The notes: generated by a model not told the origin, from the letters alone. A stretch of 21,258 bases of DNA from Trueperaceae bacterium (GCA_040905465.1 JBBDRK010000036.1:38017-59274); one strand, 5' to 3'; numbered from the stretch's first letter, positions 7,766-15,609 are shown. Numbers and translations: made by a program.

Positions 7766-7832
7766 CGTTGTTCCTCCCTGTCGACCGAGGGCGCCATCTC
7801 GTGCGCCGCTGCCAGTGAGCGGCCGGTAACTG

Positions 7833-7864
7833 ATGATAGACCCCGTACCCAACTACAGAGTCAA
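7833..7864 (-). promoter_or_regulatory. MerR-family promoter/operator of the ATPase operon
   Basis: Minus strand TTGACT-(20 bp: CTGTAGTTGGGTACGGGGTC)-TATCAT with imperfect dyad ACTCTGTA/TACGGGGT, as in ZntR/CadR-type promoters. Confidence 0.85.
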
Positions 7865-7873
7865 GGGGCAGGC

Positions 7874-8116
7874 ATGCTCGCCAAGTACGAGCATGTGTTC
7901 GGGACGGCAGTCGCATTCCTGGGCGGTGCGGCTATGGCCGCAGTTTGCGTCTGGTCTATCTGGCGCTACCTGGCCAATGTAGGATTCAGCGAGCAAGGCG
8001 GCTGGAGGGTGGACCGGAGAGCGTTGTGGCGCTACGTTTACCCGTTAGACATCGCTGCACTGGCGACGACGGTCGCCGCCCTCGTTCTGGGGGCGGTACG
8101 GGCCAGCGGCAGCTGA
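7874..8116 (+). CDS. small two-TM hypothetical membrane protein, 80 aa
   Basis: MLAKYEHVFGTAVAFLGGAAMAAVCVWSIWRY...LDIAALATTVAALVLGAV; two hydrophobic helices; weak RBS. Confidence 0.55.
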   Translation: MLAKYEHVFGTAVAFLGGAAMAAVCVWSIWRYLANVGFSEQGGWRVDRRALWRYVYPLDIAALATTVAALVLGAVRASGS

Positions 8117-8292
8117 TGCTCCGGGCGTTCGAGGTGAAGAACCTCGACGACCAGCGCTACAGGCGCGCGGCTGGGGCGTTGATAGGCTCGCGCGAGCGGG
8201 CTCGGTTACGCGAGCTTTTCCATTATCAGCGTCAAGTTCGATACCGCGCCGGAGCAAGCTTGGACATTCAATGAACCAGGAGGTAGTTTTCA

Positions 8293-8649
8293 ATGTTCAA
8301 GATCGCAATCGTCGTTCTCGCAGACACCGAGACTCACGGAGACCTGGGCCGGGCCGTCAACGCCCTCGAAGTGGCCAGTGAATTCAAGGGTGCCGGCGAT
8401 GAGGTCGCCATCATCTTCGATGGTGCCGGCACAAAGTGGGTACCGGCCTTGGACGATCCGACCCACCGGCGCCACAAGCTCTGGTTGAACGTAAAAGACA
8501 AGGTCGCCGGGGCCTGTTCCTTTTGCGCCGAGGCCTTCGGAGCAAAGAAGGGTGTCGAGGCAGCCGGAATAAAACTTCTCGCAGACTACGACAACCACCC
8601 GAGCCTCCGCTCCTACGTGGAGAAGGGCTACCAGATAATCACTTTCTGA
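8293..8649 (+). CDS. DsrE/DsrF-like family protein with CxxC
   Basis: RBS AGGAGG; GRAVNALEVA..GDEVAIIFDGAGT..GACSFCAEAFG..GYQIITF. Confidence 0.85.
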   Translation: MFKIAIVVLADTETHGDLGRAVNALEVASEFKGAGDEVAIIFDGAGTKWVPALDDPTHRRHKLWLNVKDKVAGACSFCAEAFGAKKGVEAAGIKLLADYDNHPSLRSYVEKGYQIITF

Positions 8650-8751
8650 GCGGCGCCTGCTCCTTTCCCGGCCCGTTATCCGGCAAGAGTGAAGGCGCTT
8701 GGAAACCACCCTAAGGAAGTATCGCTTCAATAGCAAGGAGACACCGAGCAT

Positions 8752-10230
8752 ATGAAGGAACAACTCCAACAACTACCCAATGCGAGGGCCGACGAGCACG
8801 ACACGCTGCACTATCAGGCAATCGTCATCGGAGCCGGCCAGGGCGGTGGCCCACTCGCCGGAGCGCTTGCAAAGTCGGGCAAACGCGTCGCCCTGATAGA
8901 GCGCGAGCATGTAGGCGGAACCTGCGTGAACGTGGGCTGCACGCCTACCAAGACCATGGTTGCCAGCGCAGGCGCCGCCGAACTGGCACGCCGCGGCGCC
9001 GAGTATGGGGTCAGCAGTGGTCCGGTCTCGGTCGACCTGGAGCAGGTACGAGCGCGCAAGCAGTCGATCGTCGAAATGTTTCGCAACGGAAGTCGCGACA
9101 GTCTCGAGCGTATCGAAGCGCTCGACCTGATATTCGCAGACGCACGCTTTACGGGGCCACGTCGAATCGAGGTCTCGCTTGAGGGAGCGACTCTCGAGCT
9201 CACCGCCGACTATGTGATCATCAACGTCGGCACTCGACCGGCTACGCTCGGGATCCCCGGAATCGATGAGATCGAGCCTCTCGACTCCACTTCCATCATG
9301 GAGTTGAAAAGGCTGCCAAGACACCTGTTGGTGGTGGGCGGCGGCTACGTGGGTGTCGAGTTCGCGCAGATGTTCCGGCGCTTCGGCAGCGAGGTTACGT
9401 TGCTGCAGCACGGCGACCAGTTGCTCACGCGTGAGGACGCCGATGTAGCTTCGACGCTCCAGGAGATCCTCACCGACGACGGAATCGAGGTCGTTACCGG
9501 TGCCGAGGTTCTCTCGGCCTCCAAATCCGCAGACGGAGTAGAACTCACCGCCAAGGTCGGGGGCGAGACCAGACGCTTCAACGGCAGCCATCTGCTCGCT
9601 GCCGTGGGCCGCAGGCCAAATACCGACAGTCTGGGCCTGGAAAGCGCAGGTGTCTCGGTCGGCGACCGGGGCTATGTCGAGGTAGACGAACAGTTGCGAA
9701 CCACCGCGGAGGGCGTGTGGGCCCTCGGCGACGTCAAGGGTGGACCGGCGTTCACGCACATTTCGTACGACGACTATCGAATCGTTCGCGACAGGCTGCT
9801 GGGGGCCGGCGAGCGCACCGTGGCAGACCGACAGACTCCCTACACAGTCTATACCGATCCGCAATTGGGTCGAGTCGGCATGAGCGAAGACGAGGCGCGC
9901 GCTGCCGGCCGCCGGGTAGGCATCGCCAAGATGCCGGCGAAACGAGCTGCCCGAGCGATCGAGACCGGCAACACACGTGGCCTCTGGAAGGCCGTCGTCG
10001 ACCTGGACAGTGAGGAGATCCTGGGGGTCGCTATCCTCGGACACGAGGGCGGTGAGGTGATGTCGGTCGTACAGGTAGCCATGATGGGCGGGCTCTCCTA
10101 TAAGGCGCTGCGCGACGGAGTGTTTGCTCACCCTTCGTATGCAGAGTCCCTGAACAACCTGTTCACCACTCTCGGATCGGATCCAGTGGCACAGTCGCCT
10201 CCTGCCGCCGATGCTACGTCAGCCAGTTGA
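8752..10230 (+). CDS. FAD-dependent pyridine nucleotide-disulfide oxidoreductase (MerA-like/RclA-like, not a true MerA)
   Basis: IGAGQGG, GGTCVNVGCTPTK, VGGGYVGVE, AFTHISYDD, HPSYAESLNNLF; no C-terminal CC pair; RBS AAGGAG. Confidence 0.9.
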   Translation: MKEQLQQLPNARADEHDTLHYQAIVIGAGQGGGPLAGALAKSGKRVALIEREHVGGTCVNVGCTPTKTMVASAGAAELARRGAEYGVSSGPVSVDLEQVRARKQSIVEMFRNGSRDSLERIEALDLIFADARFTGPRRIEVSLEGATLELTADYVIINVGTRPATLGIPGIDEIEPLDSTSIMELKRLPRHLLVVGGGYVGVEFAQMFRRFGSEVTLLQHGDQLLTREDADVASTLQEILTDDGIEVVTGAEVLSASKSADGVELTAKVGGETRRFNGSHLLAAVGRRPNTDSLGLESAGVSVGDRGYVEVDEQLRTTAEGVWALGDVKGGPAFTHISYDDYRIVRDRLLGAGERTVADRQTPYTVYTDPQLGRVGMSEDEARAAGRRVGIAKMPAKRAARAIETGNTRGLWKAVVDLDSEEILGVAILGHEGGEVMSVVQVAMMGGLSYKALRDGVFAHPSYAESLNNLFTTLGSDPVAQSPPAADATSAS

Positions 10231-10294
10231 CCGAAAAGAGGGCGCAACAAGCGCCAATCTGAAAAGGAGTCGCTTTAGCGAGAAGGAGGAGAGC

Positions 10295-10843
10295 ATGAAA
10301 GCACTTCGGACTTTACCCTTGGTGGCGTTCGCCGTGATTCTGTTCGGCGCGCTGGTTGTGGCGCAGCAGGCAGACGATGACGCCGCCCTGGCGACCCGGT
10401 ATTTCGACGAGATAAACGCGGCCCCCTACACCGAGTGGGGCTTCGAACCGAACGTTCCGGAAGGCTACTACGTCGGCGTGGAGCCTCACGGCATGATTCT
10501 GCGCACGTTCCTCAACGAGATAGCGCTGCAGGATACGGAGGACGGCGGCGATGCCTTCTCCGAAGGAGCCATCATCGTCAAGGAGAACCACATGCCCGGC
10601 GAAACGGACATCTCCGACATGGAACCGCAGGCGCCGGTGGAAGGTTTCGAGGGAAATCTGGCCGCTCTGACTTACATGGTCAAGATACCCGGCTACAACC
10701 CTGAAGCAGGCGACTGGTTCTGGGCGAAGACAACACCCGACGGCTCGATCGACGCAGCCGGCAAGGCCCAAGGCTGCATCGCCTGTCACAGCCAGGCCGT
10801 CGATAACGATTACGTCTTCAACGTCGGGCCAGCCGGAAACTAA
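10295..10843 (+). CDS. secreted cytochrome P460-family monoheme c protein
   Basis: RBS AAGGAGGAG, ATG 10295; signal peptide ending VA-Q; FSEGAIIVKEN (cross-link Lys position), MVK..GYNPEAGDWFW, C-terminal CIACH..DYVF. Confidence 0.85.
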   Translation: MKALRTLPLVAFAVILFGALVVAQQADDDAALATRYFDEINAAPYTEWGFEPNVPEGYYVGVEPHGMILRTFLNEIALQDTEDGGDAFSEGAIIVKENHMPGETDISDMEPQAPVEGFEGNLAALTYMVKIPGYNPEAGDWFWAKTTPDGSIDAAGKAQGCIACHSQAVDNDYVFNVGPAGN

Positions 10844-10882
10844 CCGGCCACACTCTCCCTGGACCGCAACTACAGCGGAAAT

Positions 10883-10921
10883 CCGAACCGGCGGTGTGCG
10901 ATTCACTCACCGCCGGTTCGG
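10883..10921. terminator. strong GC-rich hairpin after the cytochrome gene (terminator or stabilising stem)
   Basis: CCGAACCGGCGGTG-N11-CACCGCCGGTTCGG, a 14-bp perfect stem; poor U-tract. Confidence 0.6.
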
Positions 10922-11211
10922 CGTTGGGACTCGACAGGTGGTTCGGTCACGAAACGAACCGGATCACCGGTCTGCCCGGCGCGATGAAGTCAACCGGTTG
11001 GCTTGACCGCTGTTGGAGAGGCGTCCGCCCTACCCGCCCTGGCAGCGGGCCCACTACACGGAATCGAACCGTCGAACAGTAGAGTGAACGGCAAATGCCT
11101 CGCCCGACATTGTGGGCCGGGAACATCGACCGGCGCAACGAAGCGAGAATGAACGGTCTTTCGAATCACCAGACCGTGCGGCAGGTCGTGTGATCAGGAC
11201 GGGGAGAGCCG

Positions 11212-11910
11212 ATGGACACTCAACAGGCCTGGTACATCAAAGACAGCGGGTTCATGGAAAGGGTTGACCCTCACGACCGCGATGTCTTCCTGAATACCTG
11301 CCCGGAGCGGACCTTCGAACCCGGTGACAAGGTATTCCGCATAGGCGACCCGGCCACCTCACTTCACATAATCGCCCAGGGCAAGATAAAACTCGTTCGC
11401 CCGACCATGGATGGGCACGAGCGGATGGTCGCCGTATGCGGTCCCGACGACTTCATCGGAGAAGCTTTTTTGAAGGAGTCGGATAGCTACCAGGTCGAGG
11501 CGGTTGCCATGACGGCGGCGCGAACCTGCCCCATCAGTCGTGCCCAGTTCAAGGCCGTGGCGAGCAGGGCGCCGGGCTTTGCCGTTACCTTTGCCGAGGT
11601 CCTGGCCAGCCACCTCTTCTATTGCCGAGATCAACTGAGCGCGACCTATGACCCAGTGAAGATCCGGGTGACGAAGATTCTGCTCGACCAGGCGCAGCGT
11701 TTCGGCAGGCCGCTGGCAAACGGTCGCTGTCTCCTCGAGACCGAACTAAAGCACGAAGATATCGCCTCGCTGGCCTCTGCTACCCGGGTCGCGGTAACGA
11801 TGGCGGTGAGTGAACTGCGTTCCGATGGAGCGCTCGACGGCAGCAGGGGACGCTACGAACTGGACCTGGAGCGACTCAGGGCACTGACCGAGGGACTCGC
11901 CGTAAATTGA
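11212..11910 (+). CDS. Crp/Fnr family transcriptional regulator (paralog 2)
   Basis: cNMP-like domain (GDKVFRIGD..LHIIAQGKIKL..GPDDFIGE) and HTH (LKHEDIASLASATRVAVT); colinear with paralog 1. Confidence 0.93.
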   Translation: MDTQQAWYIKDSGFMERVDPHDRDVFLNTCPERTFEPGDKVFRIGDPATSLHIIAQGKIKLVRPTMDGHERMVAVCGPDDFIGEAFLKESDSYQVEAVAMTAARTCPISRAQFKAVASRAPGFAVTFAEVLASHLFYCRDQLSATYDPVKIRVTKILLDQAQRFGRPLANGRCLLETELKHEDIASLASATRVAVTMAVSELRSDGALDGSRGRYELDLERLRALTEGLAVN

Positions 11911-12102
11911 GGGCGACGAGCACGCCATCTGCACACGGTATGCATTGACGAACAACGCACATTTATGTTGGGGAGCGGATTAACGGCAGTCCCAGCGAAC
12001 GGATTCTTCTGAGGTGCAACCAAGTAATTATAGCGCCGTATGAGCTTTGATACTAGTAAAGAAGATAGTTTGTTTCCGGCAACATAGGTCTAACATCCAA
12101 TC

Positions 12103-12284
12103 AGGAAGGAGGTCCTTATAGACCAGGACAACCAATCTTCCTACCCGGGCAACCCTCTCTCCCAATAGAGGCTCGACCGAGTATCTTCCCTACCAGACGG
12201 AACGGCTGGGGGAACCGACGGAGCAAGACCAGGGACTGAGGGTTGCCCGTACCCATGCATGCCGGCGCTGAGCCTGTCGGTTCC
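12103..12284 (+). ncRNA. candidate structured RNA / leader upstream of the MFS gene
   Basis: 12-bp perfect helix 12146-12157/12238-12249 with nested short helices; competing helix 12211-12221/12274-12284; strand uncertain. Confidence 0.35.
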
Positions 12285-12380
12285 GAACCTGCCTGCTTCA
12301 ACCTGCTTCAACTCGCATCAGTAGTTGACCCGGTGCCGACCGGAACTGCCGCGCTACCAGAGAGAGTCACACAACATGAG

Positions 12381-13712
12381 ATGATCGCCACCAGCGTGCG
12401 TCCTGGTGATCCCCCCAATCCTCGGACCGTCGGCGGGCGGCGCACTCGCATGTTCCTTGGTTGGTGGGTGGTAATCGGGGCCGTGGGGGTCCAGGCGTTG
12501 CAGGCCGCTCTTCTGGTTCAGGCCTACGGCGCCTATATGCCTATACTACAGGCGGATCTCGGCTGGAGCGCGACCCTGTTCGCCTCCGCCTTTTCGCTCC
12601 TGCAGGCCATCGGCGGGATACTCGGTCCGCTGCAGGGCCGGCTCCTCACTCGGATACCACCACGCGCGCTGGTACGATTCGGCCTCATCCTCATGGGTTT
12701 GTCTTTCGTGCTGTTGAGCCGGGTCGGTTCTCAGACGGAGTTCTTCGTTGTCTTCGCGCTGATCGCTGTCGGACTTCACCTCTCTGGATTCCTGACACTG
12801 ACGACCATAGTCGTCAACTGGTTCGAGCGTCGACGCTCGCTTGCGCTCGCGCTGATGCAACTCGGCGTGCCGTTGGGCGGGCTCGTCTTGCCGCTCGTGG
12901 CATGGTCGCTGTCCGACCTGGGATGGCGAACAACGGCCCTCGCCTCCGGCATCACTACCCTGGTCGTCGGCCTGGCCGTGGCACAGTTGCTTCACGGTCG
13001 TCCCGAGGACCACGGCCTGCGGCCGGACGGAAAGAGAGAGTTCGGTCCGGTTCCCGGCGCCATCCCCGGAGTGAAGGGGATCGAACTGGCTCCGGCCGGG
13101 CGCGACTTCACAGCGGCTCAAGCGATGCGTACCCGCGCATTCTGGTTTTTGGCGCTGGGTCATGCCTTGGCCTTGATGGTGGTCTCGGCGGTGAACGTGC
13201 ATGCGGTCATCCACATCAGCTTCGGCCTCGGTTACACCCTGCCGGCTGCCGCCGCCTTCGTCGCATTGATGACCGTGTTCACGCTGATCGGGCAACTGCT
13301 GGGAGGACTACTGGGTGACAGGTTCTCGAAAAGGCTCACCGCCAGCGGAGCCATGTGGCTGCACGCCCTTGCCCTGCTCACCCTCACCTATGCCTCGAGT
13401 ACGCTCCTGATCGTGCTGTTCGCGCTCGTTCACGGCCTTGCCTGGGGAATCCGAGGGCCGCTCATGCAGGCCTTGCGGGCGGACTACTTCGGGCGAAGCG
13501 CCTTCTCGACCATAATGGGGAACTCCATGTTCATCGTGACCATCGGCGCCCTTGCCGGACCCCTGCTGGCCGGCGTGCTCTTCGACATCAGCGGCGACTA
13601 CGTCCTGGCATTCACGATAATGGCTGGCCTGGCCGCGGCCGGTTCGCTGTTCTTCCTGTTCGCGGGCAAACCTGGACTCGGCGACGCCACGGTCCCCCGG
13701 CCGGTCACCTGA
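12381..13712 (+). CDS. MFS transporter (OFA/YhjX-like)
   Basis: About 12 TM helices; WFERRRSLAL, DFT..QAMRTRAFW, GLLGDRFSKR, ADYFGR..F..IMG, G.LFD.SGDY; start uncertain (ATG 12381 or 12450). Confidence 0.9.
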   Translation: MIATSVRPGDPPNPRTVGGRRTRMFLGWWVVIGAVGVQALQAALLVQAYGAYMPILQADLGWSATLFASAFSLLQAIGGILGPLQGRLLTRIPPRALVRFGLILMGLSFVLLSRVGSQTEFFVVFALIAVGLHLSGFLTLTTIVVNWFERRRSLALALMQLGVPLGGLVLPLVAWSLSDLGWRTTALASGITTLVVGLAVAQLLHGRPEDHGLRPDGKREFGPVPGAIPGVKGIELAPAGRDFTAAQAMRTRAFWFLALGHALALMVVSAVNVHAVIHISFGLGYTLPAAAAFVALMTVFTLIGQLLGGLLGDRFSKRLTASGAMWLHALALLTLTYASSTLLIVLFALVHGLAWGIRGPLMQALRADYFGRSAFSTIMGNSMFIVTIGALAGPLLAGVLFDISGDYVLAFTIMAGLAAAGSLFFLFAGKPGLGDATVPRPVT

Positions 13713-13746
13713 AACCTGGGGCTTTAGGTGGCACACGAGAAGCCGG

Positions 13747-14634
13747 TCAGCGCCTACGCAGGCCGTTCATCATCCAGGCGGCGATTGCGGCCGCAACGAT
13801 CGGAAGTACCAGCACGGCCGCCAGGTCGAGCGCCAGCGGCAACTGCTGGAACCCGAGGATGAGGTAGCGCAGGAGATCGAGCTGGTAACTGAGCGGGTTG
13901 GCGTACACCAGCACCTCGAGCCACAAGGGAAGTTGAACCACCCAGCCGCTGCCGAGAGCGAAGATGCCCAGGCTACGCAGCTCCTCGCGCAACGCCAGCG
14001 GTATGTCGAGGAAACCGACGCCGCCGACGATCCCCTTGAGCGGATAGATGGAGCCCGACAGGAAGTACAGCGGCTGGATGATGCCGTTGGAGATGCTGCC
14101 GAAGCCCTCGAAAGTAGTCATGCGACTGGCCACGATCACACCGAAGGCGGTGACCAGCACTCCCATCGAGAACATCACCGCCCAGGCGAGCAGCAACTGC
14201 GGCAGAGATATGCGAAGGTCGAGGAACGGAATGGCGAGAAGCGGGATGCTGCCCTGGATGACGGCGATAGTGGCGCCCCCCAGCAGCTTGCCGAGCGCCA
14301 CCGCCGGCATCGGCGCCGGCGAGACCAGCACCTCGCGCAGCAGCCCTACCTCGCGGTCCCAGACCAGCGCTATCGCCGACTGCAATGAGGCGAACAGGAT
14401 GTTGAGCGTGACCACGCCGGGCAGGATGTACTGAGCGTAACTGTAACCCTCGATGTCGCGCAGTGCCGCCCCCAGTCCAAAACCGAGAATGATCAGCCAC
14501 AGCACTGTGCGAGACACCGCTCCGAAGATCTGCGAACGGTCTCGCCGGTAGCGCAGCAGTTCGCGCCGCCACATCGCCCACACCACTCTCGCGCCGGCGA
14601 GCACGTGGGAGCCGGCGGGCAGTGCATCGGTCAT
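13747..14634 (-). CDS. ABC-2 type transporter permease
   Basis: W.RELLRY.RD, Y..YILPGV, DREVGLLREVLVSP..LGK, FLSGSIYPL, NPLSY; ATG 14634 overlaps the ATPase TGA. Confidence 0.92.
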   Translation of the reverse strand: MTDALPAGSHVLAGARVVWAMWRRELLRYRRDRSQIFGAVSRTVLWLIILGFGLGAALRDIEGYSYAQYILPGVVTLNILFASLQSAIALVWDREVGLLREVLVSPAPMPAVALGKLLGGATIAVIQGSIPLLAIPFLDLRISLPQLLLAWAVMFSMGVLVTAFGVIVASRMTTFEGFGSISNGIIQPLYFLSGSIYPLKGIVGGVGFLDIPLALREELRSLGIFALGSGWVVQLPLWLEVLVYANPLSYQLDLLRYLILGFQQLPLALDLAAVLVLPIVAAAIAAWMMNGLRRR

Positions 14635-15449
14635 CGCGTGTGCTCCCCGCCGCGCTTGGCGAATCCCAGCATGCGGGCGCGCGGTCCCGCTTCCTCGTCG
14701 CGGAGCTGCCTTCCGGTGAGTTCGATGAACACGTCCTCCAGGCTGGCTGCGTCGCCGGCATCGGCCCGCTCCTTGAGTTCGTCGGGCGCACCCAGGGCGA
14801 TGAGCTTGCCGCCGTCGATGATCCCCACCCGATCGCAGGCTTCCGCCTCCTGCAGGTAGTGGGTCGTCATGAACACGGTCAGCCCCTGGCCGCGCAGCCG
14901 CTCGATCCGCTCCCACAGGTGCCGGCGCCCCTGGGGGTCGAGCCCGAGCGTGGGCTCATCGAGAAACAGCAGCCGGGGACGGTGCATCAGCGCCCGTGCC
15001 AGCTCGAGCCGCCGTTTCATTCCACCCGAGAAGCTGCGAACGGTCCGGGCGCCTACCTCCGCCAATGCCGCCCAGTCGAGGGCCTCGCCCACGCGCGCCC
15101 GCAACTCGTTTCGCGGGATGCGGTACAGCGCGCCGTGGATCTCGAGGTTCTCGCGGGCGGTCAGCCGATCGTCGAGAGCGGGCTCCTGAAACACCATGCC
15201 GAGAGCGGATCGCACCCGGGCGGGGCGCTTGGCCGTGTCGTTCCCGAAAACGTGGGCGGAACCCGACGACGGCCTGAGCAGGGTCGTCAGCATCTGCAGG
15301 GTCGTGGTCTTGCCGGCCCCGTTCGGCCCCAGCAAGGCGAAGAACTCCCCCTGGGCCACGCTGAAGCTGACGCCGGAAACGGCTTCCACCTTGCCGAACC
15401 GGCGAACGAGATCGCGCGCCTCGATAGCCGGCTCCGGCACGTCAGTCAT
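14631..15449 (-). CDS. ABC transporter ATP-binding protein (DrrA/PedA-like)
   Basis: Walker A GPNGAGKTT, FSGGM signature, LFLDEPT, TTHY. Confidence 0.95.
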   Translation of the reverse strand: MTDVPEPAIEARDLVRRFGKVEAVSGVSFSVAQGEFFALLGPNGAGKTTTLQMLTTLLRPSSGSAHVFGNDTAKRPARVRSALGMVFQEPALDDRLTARENLEIHGALYRIPRNELRARVGEALDWAALAEVGARTVRSFSGGMKRRLELARALMHRPRLLFLDEPTLGLDPQGRRHLWERIERLRGQGLTVFMTTHYLQEAEACDRVGIIDGGKLIALGAPDELKERADAGDAASLEDVFIELTGRQLRDEEAGPRARMLGFAKRGGEHTR

Positions 15450-15519
15450 GCGCCGTCCCGCTTCCCGGGAAGGGTGCCTGATCCCGTTCTACCTGTCCGG
15501 GCTCACTGAGGTCTTGCAT
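15442..15519 (-). CDS. 25-aa small ORF coupled to the ABC ATPase (leader or deletion remnant)
   Basis: RBS GGAGGG then MQDLSEPGQVERDQAPFPGSGTAHD*; stop overlaps the ATPase start (ATGACTGA). Confidence 0.35.
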   Translation of the reverse strand: MQDLSEPGQVERDQAPFPGSGTAHD

Positions 15520-15609
15520 GTCGTCCCTCCACTTCCCGATCCTAGACCGTCGGCAACCCGGTAGCGGCGAGACGGCCCGGAGGCTGGAGGCTGCCCGGTT
15601 GAAACAAGC

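Noticed and set aside
5973-7829. Long antisense ORFs (618 aa here; also 8773-10131, 19955-20923, 14622-15509, 144-890)
   Set aside because: Shadow ORFs opposite well-supported genes, expected from high-GC codon bias
8116-8274. 52-aa ORF MLRAFEVKNLDDQRY.. overlapping the previous stop codon
   Set aside because: No recognisable motif and Arg-rich composition; cannot be supported
8752-10230. Second merA
   Set aside because: Lacks the C-terminal Cys-Cys pair and the FVYV/HPYLT MerA signatures; called MerA/RclA-like instead
12195-12310. TPP, c-di-AMP (ydaO) or SRP RNA identity for the structured region (CTGAG..GAACCTG; GGGGGAACC..CCGAACC)
   Set aside because: Only isolated words match; the other conserved elements and spacings are missing
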